DNA from: an uncultured Gemmatimonadota bacterium
Lineage (GTDB): Bacteria > Gemmatimonadota > Gemmatimonadetes > Palauibacterales > Palauibacteraceae
Assembly: GCA_964510615.1 (NCBI GenBank)
Contig: CAZEBA010000022.1
Location: forward strand, 1 to 56,478
Direction: 5' to 3'
Length of the DNA stretch: 56,478 nucleotides
This document shows positions 1 through 8,847 of this stretch, one piece after another. The notes below the pieces were generated by a model. The model did not search any database. It was not told where the DNA came from and worked only from the letters and a program-made list of their open reading frames with translations. The stretch's first letter is position 1. Every line of letters starts with the position of its first letter. A program made the position numbers and the translations under genes.

Positions 1-5
1 GGCCC

Positions 6-704
6 ATGTCCGGGCCCGTTCAGGTCACCTATGCCGGCCAGGTCGACCTCGGGGCGTTCGCTGGGCGCGAGGCGGACATCGTGGCTCCACCGCCAGCCGA
101 CCTATCCAAGACATCGAAGCTCGCGTACCTACAGGCACTTACTCGGGAACTCGTCGATCTGCCTGCACAGGACACGGAAGATCTCGAAGCAGCTGTCGCC
201 ACGGGAGATGTTCCGGATGTCCAGGTCCTGCTAACGCCGAGGGAGCCTGTCAGCTCAGCTGTCTCGGCCGCTGCGGTGCCGAGTGGCGTTCCTCACGTCT
301 TGGCGTTCCAGAAGGTGGGTTGGGTAACGCCTTGGACGGCGCAGCACGAGTATGGCAGGGCGCTTCTGAGAGTCGGAGAGGCTGTCTTGGCATCGCTCGC
401 TCTCGAACCAGAGGCGACCTACCTTTTCGAACTGCACGTTTGGGCTGCCGACAACGCGACGGATGAGACTGAGCTCAGCCTTTTTCCTTACACGTGTATG
501 ATCGATTTCAAGCCTGAGAGAAAGCTTTTTTCGGTTTCCAAGGGTTGGAACGTCCTTCTTGCCACGCTTAAACGGCCATCGTCCGTTCAGGCGAATGACG
601 CTTGCAGGTTCCATATCAGCATAGCCAATACCGGTGTTCCCTACGGCGAGCAATTCTATTTCTATTTCTATTCCGCGGAATTGACAAAGCTGATTCCGGA
701 GTGA
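6..704 (+). CDS. Hypothetical protein with no recognisable domain. The 3' third of the gene is markedly AT-richer than the surrounding sequence. It may be 5'-truncated by the window edge.
   Basis: The ORF is 232 aa starting at the ATG at position 6. It ends 2 nt before the next gene, so the two look like an operon. No signal peptide was seen. Confidence 0.4.
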   Translation: MSGPVQVTYAGQVDLGAFAGREADIVAPPPADLSKTSKLAYLQALTRELVDLPAQDTEDLEAAVATGDVPDVQVLLTPREPVSSAVSAAAVPSGVPHVLAFQKVGWVTPWTAQHEYGRALLRVGEAVLASLALEPEATYLFELHVWAADNATDETELSLFPYTCMIDFKPERKLFSVSKGWNVLLATLKRPSSVQANDACRFHISIANTGVPYGEQFYFYFYSAELTKLIPE

Positions 705-706
705 CG

Positions 707-2035
707 ATGAAACCAGTTCGTGGGCAGAGCTCTTGTCGGTCGACCGCGCCAGACGATCTGATGATCCCAGTTCTGGTTTGGCGAGCCTTTGGGACGTTCC
801 GCCGAGTCCCCGGCTTGTCGGTTCTGCTATGTGTACTGCTTGCGTCTCCTGGACACGCCCAGGACGACCGCTCCCTCATCACGCCTGTCGACTGGTGGTG
901 GTACGACGGCGTTCCCGCCGAAACGATCGGGCAGCTCGTCGACGCACACGGCGCGCGGATCACCGACATCGAAGTAGAGCGGACATCGCCGCCTCTGTTC
1001 ACGGTCGTGCTGGTCAAGAACGAGGGTCCATACGCCAAACGCTGGTGGTGGTACTACGATCTCTCGGGCCAACAGGTAGAGCGGCACCTGGCCGAGGAGC
1101 GGGCGCGCATCGAGGACATCGAGCTCATGGGGGTGAGGCCGGACGCGAGTTTCGCCGTCATCCTCGTCGGCAACAGCGGAGATCAGTCCAAGCGTTCCAA
1201 CTGGACCGCCGGATCGGTGAGCTCCGCAAACGCTGGAGACTACATCTCCGGTCTTTCCGACGCTGGGATGCGGATGATCGACTTCGATCCCAACGATCGC
1301 ATGGGTGGTTACACCACGACGGTGGAGCTGGCGGATGAGGTCGGCGGAGCGGGTGCCTGGTGGTGGTACGAAGATGTCACGGCCGATGAGATCACGCGCG
1401 CGTTAAGCGAGCATGAAGCACGTCTCATTGACATCGAATGGACGGGGCCGAACCGATTCAGCGCGCTCATGGTGAAATCGAAAGGGGAGCGCTGGTGGTG
1501 GTACTACGACTTGACCGGGCAGCAGGTCGACGAGCTAGCACAGGAGAACGGGTCGCGCGTCATCGACATCGAGACGCGGGCCGTGAACGGCGAGAAGAAG
1601 TTCGCCGCCATCATGCTGCAGAGTCGGTCACTGCCCGCGGACCAAGTGCAGTTGGGCCGAGCAGCGGCGGCCGCTGCGGCGGGCCGCACGGAGCCAGCCC
1701 GTGCAGCGAGGGTGCCGACGAGCAACGCCATCGACCAGATCCGTCCGCGCCCAGTGGCCGGAGCGCACCAACAGACCGCTTCCGGCTATATCTGTCAGAT
1801 CCAGCGCACGGGTGCTACACCTTCGCTTCGCGTCACGTTGACGAGCCAGGAGCTCTGCGGGGGTCAGTTGACCGCGGACGTGATCTTCCCCGGTGACGGC
1901 GAGACAGGCCCGCAGTCCAAGCTCGGACTGACGGAGCAGGCCATGGAGACGCTCAAGGAGGAGAGCTCCGTGATCTCGATTACATACGAGCCCGAGGCCG
2001 ACGGCACGAACCGAGCAATCGAGTTCAGCTACTGA
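707..2035 (+). CDS. Secreted tandem-repeat protein with five ~50-aa repeats, each beginning with a WWW(Y)YD motif and containing ARI-x-DIE, followed by a Cys-containing C-terminal domain.
   Basis: The ATG at 707 is followed by a signal-peptide-like N-terminus (…LSVLLCVLLASPGHAQ). The repeats read DWWWYDGVPAETIGQLVDAHGARITDIEV / RWWWYYDLSGQQVERHLAEERARIEDIEL / a degenerate copy / AWWWYEDVTADEITRALSEHEARLIDIEW / RWWWYYDLTGQQVDELAQENGSRVIDIET. The DNA motif ctggtggtggtac recurs at about 894, 1043, 1358 and 1491. Confidence 0.6.
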   Translation: MKPVRGQSSCRSTAPDDLMIPVLVWRAFGTFRRVPGLSVLLCVLLASPGHAQDDRSLITPVDWWWYDGVPAETIGQLVDAHGARITDIEVERTSPPLFTVVLVKNEGPYAKRWWWYYDLSGQQVERHLAEERARIEDIELMGVRPDASFAVILVGNSGDQSKRSNWTAGSVSSANAGDYISGLSDAGMRMIDFDPNDRMGGYTTTVELADEVGGAGAWWWYEDVTADEITRALSEHEARLIDIEWTGPNRFSALMVKSKGERWWWYYDLTGQQVDELAQENGSRVIDIETRAVNGEKKFAAIMLQSRSLPADQVQLGRAAAAAAAGRTEPARAARVPTSNAIDQIRPRPVAGAHQQTASGYICQIQRTGATPSLRVTLTSQELCGGQLTADVIFPGDGETGPQSKLGLTEQAMETLKEESSVISITYEPEADGTNRAIEFSY

Positions 2036-2092
2036 GACTGAGCGGTTCAGACATCTTACGTTTGGCCCACAATGCAACCCGATGCAGCATTG

Positions 2093-2800
2093 CTACTGCT
2101 GACTTCTCTCCACAAGGTTCCTTCCCCTCGGAGATAGGTCCAGCAAGGGCGGTATCTCCGGCGGCTCGGGCTGCATATTGAACATGTAGATGGAGCCCGA
2201 CCGGCCGGGACGCTGCTCGAGGCGTGTTCCCATCGCAGCGGCAAGATCCCTCAGCGGCATGTAGGGCTTGTTGTCGATGATGATGATTCCTCTCGAGACG
2301 AGGTTGCCGCCGATCTCGAAGCGTATGGCCTGCACCTCTCGTGGGCCTGGTTCGGCGGCGGCTGGCTGGCCAGCAGCGGCCGGTTGATGAGCGGCGCCAA
2401 GGCGCGCGATCTGTTCGAATCGCTCCGAGTCATCACCGGGAGCCGGCCTCTCCTCAATCACGATCCCCATCTGTTCCCGGCCAATCTCCAGACTGGGGTG
2501 TTCCTCGACGATGATTCCCATCACGTGCTCGGGATTGATGCGCAAGAGACCTCGTTCGCCGGGTTGGGCGGCGTAGGTGTTTCGGTCTGAGTCGAACTGA
2601 AGCCGCGCTCCGAGTGCCTGGGCGACATCGCCCAGAGGGATATACGCCACTGTCACGATGCTCTCACTGAACACCCCAACCGGAACGGGCCGCGTTTGCA
2701 CTTCGTCTTCCGGTTGGGCTGATGCGGCCAGCGGTGTCAGCAGAAGCGCTGAGAGCCCAATCGTCACTCGGCTTTGGAACCTGCAGGCCCTCAAGCGCAT
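2093..2800 (-). CDS. Secreted protein with two copper-amine-oxidase N-terminal-like (stalk) domains.
   Basis: An internal ATG at 2800 is preceded by GGAGG and followed by a signal peptide (MRLRACRFQSRVTIGLSALLLTPLAASAQ). The motifs VTVAYIPLGDVAQALGARLQFD and IIDNKPYMPLRDLAAAMGTRLE are typical of Cu_amine_oxidN1-type domains. Confidence 0.5.
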   Translation of the reverse strand: MRLRACRFQSRVTIGLSALLLTPLAASAQPEDEVQTRPVPVGVFSESIVTVAYIPLGDVAQALGARLQFDSDRNTYAAQPGERGLLRINPEHVMGIIVEEHPSLEIGREQMGIVIEERPAPGDDSERFEQIARLGAAHQPAAAGQPAAAEPGPREVQAIRFEIGGNLVSRGIIIIDNKPYMPLRDLAAAMGTRLEQRPGRSGSIYMFNMQPEPPEIPPLLDLSPRGRNLVERSQQ

Positions 2801-2853
2801 CTCCGTCCTCCCTGCGGGTGTAACCGTGGACCCATCTGCGTGCACTCGTACCG

Positions 2854-3309
2854 CTATCTCGTCGTCTGCCAAGTCCCGCTCAGACTGATGGTATCGCCGA
2901 TATCCTGAAAGAAGGCGGCGTCGCACGATACCGTGCCGTTCATCACGTTGGGCGGTGTCCCCGACAGCGTGCCAGCGAATTGGCACAGCGGCTCGATTCG
3001 AAAACTGATCTCCTGGCTCGAAACCTGACCGGTGGATGTACTGGCAGAGCCCGACCGCGGAATCGACCCGTTGGGTAAGGTACACGCTCCGGTTGAGTTG
3101 ATGGTGCCCGAGAATGTCGAGCCTGTCTGAGTGATCTCAATGGTTCCTTGGTCGCTGCAAGAAACGCCTTGCACGTCGTCGCCAATACTCTGGCTCCAGT
3201 TCCAGACTCCAGTGATCTCCGGTGTAATCGGTTGGGAAGGACCGCTAGTGTCACCGCCGCATTGGGCGAGGCTCAGAAGGGGAATCCAGGTGAGGGCAAC
3301 CCGGCGCAT
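2854..3309 (-). CDS. Small Ser/Thr/Gly-rich lipoprotein.
   Basis: The N-terminus MRRVALTWIPLLSLAQC carries a lipobox (LAQC). Confidence 0.45.
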   Translation of the reverse strand: MRRVALTWIPLLSLAQCGGDTSGPSQPITPEITGVWNWSQSIGDDVQGVSCSDQGTIEITQTGSTFSGTINSTGACTLPNGSIPRSGSASTSTGQVSSQEISFRIEPLCQFAGTLSGTPPNVMNGTVSCDAAFFQDIGDTISLSGTWQTTR

Positions 3310-3537
3310 TTCATCAGACTAGCGTTGGAGGGTGTAGTCGGCAACGAGACGCCATTCTCTACAAGCAGTGCCAGCGACAGTGCCAGCGCCCATCCCCTGC
3401 GCCGGACACCGCCGTGTTCCATTGGGGTGATCGCTCTTGCGAGCCGCTGTACGACGATTCACCATTCGCCGGGAGCAGGCTGCGCAGGAGCGAACAGTCC
3501 GCTCCTTTGGTAAGAGTCTTCCCCTCGGAGGTGTGCC

Positions 3538-4029
3538 GTGAAACCCCTATCTCTCCTTGTCGTCTCCGCTCTTCTTTCCGCTACTGCCGCGGTTACTTCT
3601 GCTCAAACAGCGCAAGAAGCTCCCGACGAAGCCGGACTGTCCGTTGAACAACGGGATCAGATCGGGCAGATGCTCGTGGAATGGGAGCAGGACTGGGTCA
3701 ATAGCGTGCAAGAAGGGGATCCCTCGGTTCTCGAACGTATTCTCGCTCCAGACTTCATCTATACGGTTGGCACCGGGGAAGTGCGTGCGAAATCTTCCTT
3801 CATTGCCGCCGCCGTAAGTGACGACTTCACGTACGAGTCCTTCGAGATAGACGACGTTGAGGTCCGCTGGTATACCGATGAAGTCGTCGTGATCACCGGC
3901 ACGGCTCGCTGGGCTGGGCAGGATTCGGACGGTCAGTCGTCCAGCGGTACTTCAAGATGGACCAACGTGTTCGTCGAGCGGAAGGGTGAATGGAAGGTGG
4001 TCGTGGGCCATTCAACTCCCGTCAACTGA
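3538..4029 (+). CDS. Secreted NTF2-like (SnoaL / DUF4440-type) protein.
   Basis: A GTG start is preceded by GGAGG. There is a signal peptide (MKPLSLLVVSALLSATAAVTSAQ). The overall ~160-aa size and layout, with a conserved-looking EW…W core, fit an NTF2 fold. Confidence 0.45.
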   Translation: MKPLSLLVVSALLSATAAVTSAQTAQEAPDEAGLSVEQRDQIGQMLVEWEQDWVNSVQEGDPSVLERILAPDFIYTVGTGEVRAKSSFIAAAVSDDFTYESFEIDDVEVRWYTDEVVVITGTARWAGQDSDGQSSSGTSRWTNVFVERKGEWKVVVGHSTPVN

Positions 4030-4254
4030 TTTCGGAAATAGACGCTCCCCCGTGTCGGCGAGCGCGACCGTGATCGCGCCCGTCGGGCAGTTGAAGGCGG
4101 CTTCGAGAATCTTCTCTTCCGTCCCGCCCGACGGATCGATGACCGTCGACTGACGGTTCTCGTTGTGTTCGAACACCCCCGGCACGGTTGCCACGCACAT
4201 GGCGTTTCCGACGCAGCGGGTGTGGTCCACCGAAATATCGAGGCGGCGACTCAT
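4012..4254 (-). CDS. Small single-cluster ferredoxin of the kind that partners P450s.
   Basis: The 80-aa protein carries CVGNAMCV…CPTGAI Fe-S ligand motifs. It lies 7 nt downstream of the P450 stop. Confidence 0.7.
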   Translation of the reverse strand: MSRRLDISVDHTRCVGNAMCVATVPGVFEHNENRQSTVIDPSGGTEEKILEAAFNCPTGAITVALADTGERLFPKSVDGS

Positions 4255-4261
4255 TCGTCCC

Positions 4262-5509
4262 TCACCAGGTTACGGGCAGCGACTTGAGCGATCGGAACTG
4301 GATGCTGGGCTGATACTCGACCTTGCCGTGATCCAGTGCACCCGTATCGAGCTCGAAGCGCGGAATTCGCTCGGCCAGGGCCCGGAAGACTTCCTGTCCT
4401 TCCATCCGAGCCAGCGCCACTCCGAGGCAGTAGTGAATCCCGGAGCCGAAGGAGACATGCGGGTTCGGCTGCCGGCCGATGTCGAACCGGTCAGGATCCT
4501 CGAAAACGGACGGGTCCCGGTTCGCCGCCGCGATGATCCAGCGAATGCGATCGCCTTTGTGGATCGTCTTGCCGTCGAGCTCCACGTCCTGGGCGGCGAT
4601 CCGCTGGGTCGACTTGACCGGAGGGTCGTAGCGGAGGCACTCCTCGGTGGCCAGGCGAGCCATGCCCTCCGGATCGCCCTTCAGCCGGTCCCACTCTTCC
4701 GGGTGCTGGATGAACGCGAGGAGCCCGTTGCAGATCAGGTTCATGGTGGTCTCATGGCCCGCGAACAGGAGAAGTCCCGTGTTCACGAGGACCTGGTGCC
4801 GGGTGAAGGTCCCCTCCTTCTCGCCTTCGGCCAGTATCGATATGAAGTCGTTCCCGGGGCACTCCAGTCGTTGTTCGACGAGGGGCGCTGAGTATTCGAG
4901 GATGCCGCGCATGCCTTCGGTCAAAGGTCTAAGCCGATACGGTTCGCCGCGGTTCATATAGAGGATGCTGTCCGCAAGCTCGCGAAGCAGATCCCGATCC
5001 TCCCAGGGCACATCCATCATCTGGGCGATGACCCGCACCGGGAGAGGGGCGGCAAAATCAAGCAGGACGTCCATACGTCCGAGCGGCTCGAGCTCATCCA
5101 GCAGCTCCGCCACCGCGTTTCGGACGAAGGGACGCCATTCCTCCATTGCCGTCGGCGTGAAGTACTTGTGGACGACGCTGCGCTGGTCGAGGTGATCGGG
5201 GCGGTCCTGCTCGACCAGTTGGTCGGCGCGGAACTCGCGCACCTCGTCGAACAAGGGCAGGTCCGCCGGGTCGACCGGGGGATATGGAGGGGAGGTGGTG
5301 TTCTTCATGATCTCGGAGGAGAACAGCTCGTGATGGCGAACCAGCCAGACGACCTCATCGTACCCGGTGACCACCCAGAGCTGAAACCGATCGTTCCAGT
5401 GAACCGGCTCCGCTTCCCGCAGGCGGGCGAAGTACGAGTAAGGGTCTGCGATCACCTCGGGGGCGAAAAGGTCGTCCAGATCGCCGACCGTCACCGTCTC
5501 CTTCTCCAT
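4262..5509 (-). CDS. Cytochrome P450 monooxygenase.
   Basis: The heme-binding signature FGSGIHYCLG (FxxGxHxCxG) is present, together with an I-helix-like region GHETT. The protein is 415 aa. Confidence 0.85.
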   Translation of the reverse strand: MEKETVTVGDLDDLFAPEVIADPYSYFARLREAEPVHWNDRFQLWVVTGYDEVVWLVRHHELFSSEIMKNTTSPPYPPVDPADLPLFDEVREFRADQLVEQDRPDHLDQRSVVHKYFTPTAMEEWRPFVRNAVAELLDELEPLGRMDVLLDFAAPLPVRVIAQMMDVPWEDRDLLRELADSILYMNRGEPYRLRPLTEGMRGILEYSAPLVEQRLECPGNDFISILAEGEKEGTFTRHQVLVNTGLLLFAGHETTMNLICNGLLAFIQHPEEWDRLKGDPEGMARLATEECLRYDPPVKSTQRIAAQDVELDGKTIHKGDRIRWIIAAANRDPSVFEDPDRFDIGRQPNPHVSFGSGIHYCLGVALARMEGQEVFRALAERIPRFELDTGALDHGKVEYQPSIQFRSLKSLPVTW

Positions 5510-5758
5510 CTCCTCTCCTCTTCGCGCGGCGCGTCGCTGACCTACCAGCTACCGATGTCAGTCAGGCTGTGTCAATGGCCATCGAAGAGCCGACGGGCGA
5601 TCGAGCGCAGCGAGCGGCCCTTTGCAGAGAGTGCTCGGGGTATCCAGATCCGCCAGCCTAATGAACTGTTTCCATAAGCCGCCGTTTTACCTCATCTTGC
5701 TCAGGTTTCACGGACCTATGAGCGGTCTCACGGCTCGTGCTCTCGGAGAGCAGAAGAG

Positions 5759-6634
5759 ATGTCCCGTCACGTGACGGTCGCGCTCTGTGCGCACAATGCG
5801 CGCCCGTTCATCCGCCAGGCGCTCCGTTCCGTTCTCCGCCAGAGCCATCGAGAGCTCGACGTGTACGTCGTCGACGACGGCAGCAGCGACGGTACGGCCG
5901 ACGAGGTGCGGGATCTGGTGTGGGCGGATCGGCGAGCCCATCTCGTCCAGTTCCGGGAGAGCATCGGGACGTACGCGGCCAAGAACCTGGTGCTCGCGAC
6001 GTTCTGCCGGGGCGAGTACTTCGCGCACCAGGACGCGGATGACCGGAGCCGCGAGCATCGGCTGGCGCGACAGATCGAGTTCCTCGAGCGAAATCCGGAC
6101 GTTCCGTTGTGCGGCACCTCCATCGACGAGTTCTTCGCGTCGCCAGCCGACGCGCCCGGGATTCCGGCCGAAGCCGAGATCCGGTACTCCGAGGCCAGCG
6201 GCCACTATCATCGCGAGAACATCTACGCCGCACGAATCCCTCGTATGGAGACCATCCCGCCGATCGGCGAGCTGTCAAGCATCAAGATCGCGATGAACGG
6301 CTCGCTCGTCATCCGCGCCGACTTCCTGAAGCGACTGGGTGGATACGACGGACGCACCCGGATGGCTGGTGACACGGAGTTGCTGTGGCGGGTCTTGTGT
6401 CTTCGCGACGTCGCGAATCTCCAGGAGGTTCTCTACGAGAGACGTTTTCACGGGGCGTCGCTGACGCGTTCGGCTGCGTACGGATTTGGATCGGATGCAC
6501 GCCGCGAGTACGCCGTCGCGGTGCGCGCGAGGATTCTGCAGGCGCTTCGAGGGTCCTCGGGGGCGACCGACCTGGAGCGCGCCCTACGGCAGGACATGTA
6601 CTTCCCATCGGTGTCCATTGAATACTCCGAGTGA
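5759..6634 (+). CDS. Family 2 glycosyltransferase.
   Basis: The N-terminus VTVALCAHNARPFIRQALRSVLRQSHRELDVYVVDDGSSDGT has the DDGS motif, and a QDADD (DxD) motif follows. Confidence 0.75.
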   Translation: MSRHVTVALCAHNARPFIRQALRSVLRQSHRELDVYVVDDGSSDGTADEVRDLVWADRRAHLVQFRESIGTYAAKNLVLATFCRGEYFAHQDADDRSREHRLARQIEFLERNPDVPLCGTSIDEFFASPADAPGIPAEAEIRYSEASGHYHRENIYAARIPRMETIPPIGELSSIKIAMNGSLVIRADFLKRLGGYDGRTRMAGDTELLWRVLCLRDVANLQEVLYERRFHGASLTRSAAYGFGSDARREYAVAVRARILQALRGSSGATDLERALRQDMYFPSVSIEYSE

Positions 6635-7934
6635 GCGGGCGGACTCGCACGGGCGGGCGGACTCGCACGAGCGGGCGGGCGGGCCGACGGTCGTCCATGT
6701 CGACCGGCGCGTCCTGCGCGTGCCGTACCGCGAGATCCCCGGGCGCAATCTCGAGCGCGGCCTTCCCCACTGGCGGTATCTCGAGCATGTCGAGGTGCAC
6801 CTGTCGAGCGGGCACGTCGGGCGCGGAGAGGCGATGCTCTTCTACACCTGGCGCCCAGCGACCCCGGAGTTGCTGCGGCGCGCGATGGGGGGCGACGCCG
6901 CCCGGTTGATGCGGGACGACTCTCTCGGGGCGGCTCTCCAAATGGCGCTTCTGGATGCCGTCGGCCGCGCGCGCGGCGTTCCGATCCATCGCCTCCTCGG
7001 CCGCCGTGTGCGAGACCGTGTCTCGCTCGCGTGGTGGGCGATCGACTTGCCGCCCGAGGATCTGGCGGAGGAATGCCGCATGGCGTCACGTCGCGGTTAC
7101 CGGTGCCTGAAGACGAAGGCCCGTCCTTGGCACGACCTCTGGCAGCAGATCGACGCCGTCACCGCTGCCGTGCCCGCGGAATTCGAGATCCAGCTCGACT
7201 TCAACGCCACGCTGCTCGATTCCGATCGCGCGCGTCCGATCCTCGAAGAGTTGGGTCGCCATCCCCGGATGGGCCGTTTCGAGGAGCCGATCCCGCCCTC
7301 GGATCTGGCGGGCTGGGCCGAGCTCCGCGACGTCGTTGCGGTTCCGATGGCCGTGCACCTCGACGAGACGGCCGGCGTCGAGCATCCCGCCGACGGATTC
7401 CTCGTCGCGGGAGGCGTCGAACGCGTCCTCGCCGCGAGCGAGGCAGCGCGAACGCTGGGCAAGCCGGTGGAGCTGCAGCTCGTCGGTACGGGAATCACCG
7501 CGGCGTTCTGCCTTCACCTGCAGGCGGTCCTGGAATGCGACGTGTGGCCGGCCGTCACGTGCCATGAGATCTTCGAGCACCCGCTTCTCGCGCGTCCGAT
7601 CCCGGTCACCGACGGATCGGCGGCCGTGCCCGACGCTCCCGGGCTCGGCCTCGAGATCGATCGCGAGGCGATTCGCCGCTTCGAGCTGCCGGATCCCGGG
7701 AAACCGCCCGCCCCCGAGCGCTTGATCGAAGTGCGATGGCCCGACGGTTCCCGACGTCATTTCACCTGCGGCGGAGTCATGCGCGAGCTCGCCCGCCAAG
7801 GTCGCTTTCCCTTCTACTCGCGCGGCGTGACGACGCGCCTCGTCCCGGACGACGGAACGGATCGTTGGCGATCTCTCTACGAAGACGCGGTCTCGGAGCC
7901 TCGCTCGGTGAGCCGCTGGGCCGGGATGAGATAG
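6486..7934 (+). CDS. Enolase-superfamily enzyme of the mandelate racemase / muconate lactonizing enzyme subgroup. Its true start is uncertain.
   Basis: Signature residues are present: AVGRARGVPIHRLLG, the KxK pair in RCLKTKARPW, and metal ligands D (LDFNA), E (FEEPI) and D (HLDET). The N-terminal barrel-capping strand VVHVDRRVLRVPY lies upstream of every in-frame ATG, GTG or TTG located after the GT2 stop at 6634. The only canonical start is the ATG at 6486, which overlaps the GT2 gene by 149 nt. Confidence 0.6.
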   Translation: MDRMHAASTPSRCARGFCRRFEGPRGRPTWSAPYGRTCTSHRCPLNTPSERADSHGRADSHERAGGPTVVHVDRRVLRVPYREIPGRNLERGLPHWRYLEHVEVHLSSGHVGRGEAMLFYTWRPATPELLRRAMGGDAARLMRDDSLGAALQMALLDAVGRARGVPIHRLLGRRVRDRVSLAWWAIDLPPEDLAEECRMASRRGYRCLKTKARPWHDLWQQIDAVTAAVPAEFEIQLDFNATLLDSDRARPILEELGRHPRMGRFEEPIPPSDLAGWAELRDVVAVPMAVHLDETAGVEHPADGFLVAGGVERVLAASEAARTLGKPVELQLVGTGITAAFCLHLQAVLECDVWPAVTCHEIFEHPLLARPIPVTDGSAAVPDAPGLGLEIDREAIRRFELPDPGKPPAPERLIEVRWPDGSRRHFTCGGVMRELARQGRFPFYSRGVTTRLVPDDGTDRWRSLYEDAVSEPRSVSRWAGMR

Positions 7935-8746
7935 CGGGCAATCTCCTCGGCGAAGCGGACTTCCGAGTCGTCCTCGGGTTGATAGTCGATGACCCGTCGC
8001 GCGTTCGTGAGGCTCCAGAAAGCCCGCGTGTTCGCCGAGATCCCGAAGAACACCTGGAACGGCACCCCGTGCTCGTCTCGGATATCCGGAGCCTCGATCG
8101 AGCGCACGACGAGTTGCGTGAGATCCCGCGGGCTGATGTAGGCGGCGAGGCGACGCTCCATCTCCCGCACGTCGTCCGCGCACTCGGCGAGATCGGCTTG
8201 GCGCGGGCGGCCGATCCGGAGCATGACGACCTCGAGAGCCGGGTGGAGCCGGCCGCACGCATACACAAAGCCGAGCGCTTCGGTCGCGATCTTCGACCAG
8301 CCGTAGAAGTTGTCCGAGAACGGCACGACGTCCGGACCGAAGCCAGCGAACGTCTTCTTCCAGTACAGCCGCTCGTACCAGTCCGCCGCGTGATTCGAGC
8401 TGAACTGCACGATACGGCGCACTCCCTCCGCACGAGCCGCTTCCAGCACGTTGCGGTTCATGTCGAGGCTGGCTCGCTGACCGAAGTACGCTTCGGCCTC
8501 GAGCTGCGCCCCTCCCGCGTACGCTAGCTGGACGACCGCGTCGGCTCCGGCGAAGTGTCGGCGATAGCCGTCGAGGTTCGGATCGCGAAGGTCGACGAGC
8601 TCGATTCCCGGGACCCGGGTGCCGTCCTTTCGCGTGTCGCGGACGTCGAGCAGGACGGAGTCGTAACGCCGTTCGAGCGCGGGAAGGAGCAGCGCCGCGC
8701 AGTAGCCCGCCGCGCCGGTCACGACAATTCTCTTCGACTCTCCCAA
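7877..8746 (-). CDS. NAD-dependent epimerase/dehydratase (extended SDR).
   Basis: A TTG start at 8746 sits 9 nt downstream of GGAGG. The motifs RIVVTGAAGY (GxxGxxG) and YGWSK (YxxxK) are present. Its 3' end overlaps the convergent enolase gene by 58 nt. Confidence 0.65.
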   Translation of the reverse strand: MGESKRIVVTGAAGYCAALLLPALERRYDSVLLDVRDTRKDGTRVPGIELVDLRDPNLDGYRRHFAGADAVVQLAYAGGAQLEAEAYFGQRASLDMNRNVLEAARAEGVRRIVQFSSNHAADWYERLYWKKTFAGFGPDVVPFSDNFYGWSKIATEALGFVYACGRLHPALEVVMLRIGRPRQADLAECADDVREMERRLAAYISPRDLTQLVVRSIEAPDIRDEHGVPFQVFFGISANTRAFWSLTNARRVIDYQPEDDSEVRFAEEIARYLIPAQRLTERGSETASS

Positions 8747-8847
8747 GGAATTGTTCCTCCGCTGTTTGCGCAGACACGGGAAGTCTGCCAGAATCTCGCG
8801 ATCTCTTGCCGGTTTGCACACTGCCCCAGGAGTGACCCAGGAGCGCC

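Noticed and set aside
4163-4891. Plus-strand 242-aa ORF inside the P450 gene.
   Set aside because: It is antisense to a P450 carrying an intact heme motif, and it has no motifs or RBS.
6631-6909. ORF 6631..6909 (MSGRTRTGGRTRTSGRAGRR…) starting at the GT2 stop.
   Set aside because: It is an Arg/Gly/Thr low-complexity translation of the tandem repeat and the enolase 5' region in the wrong frame. The enolase motifs are in the 6486 frame.
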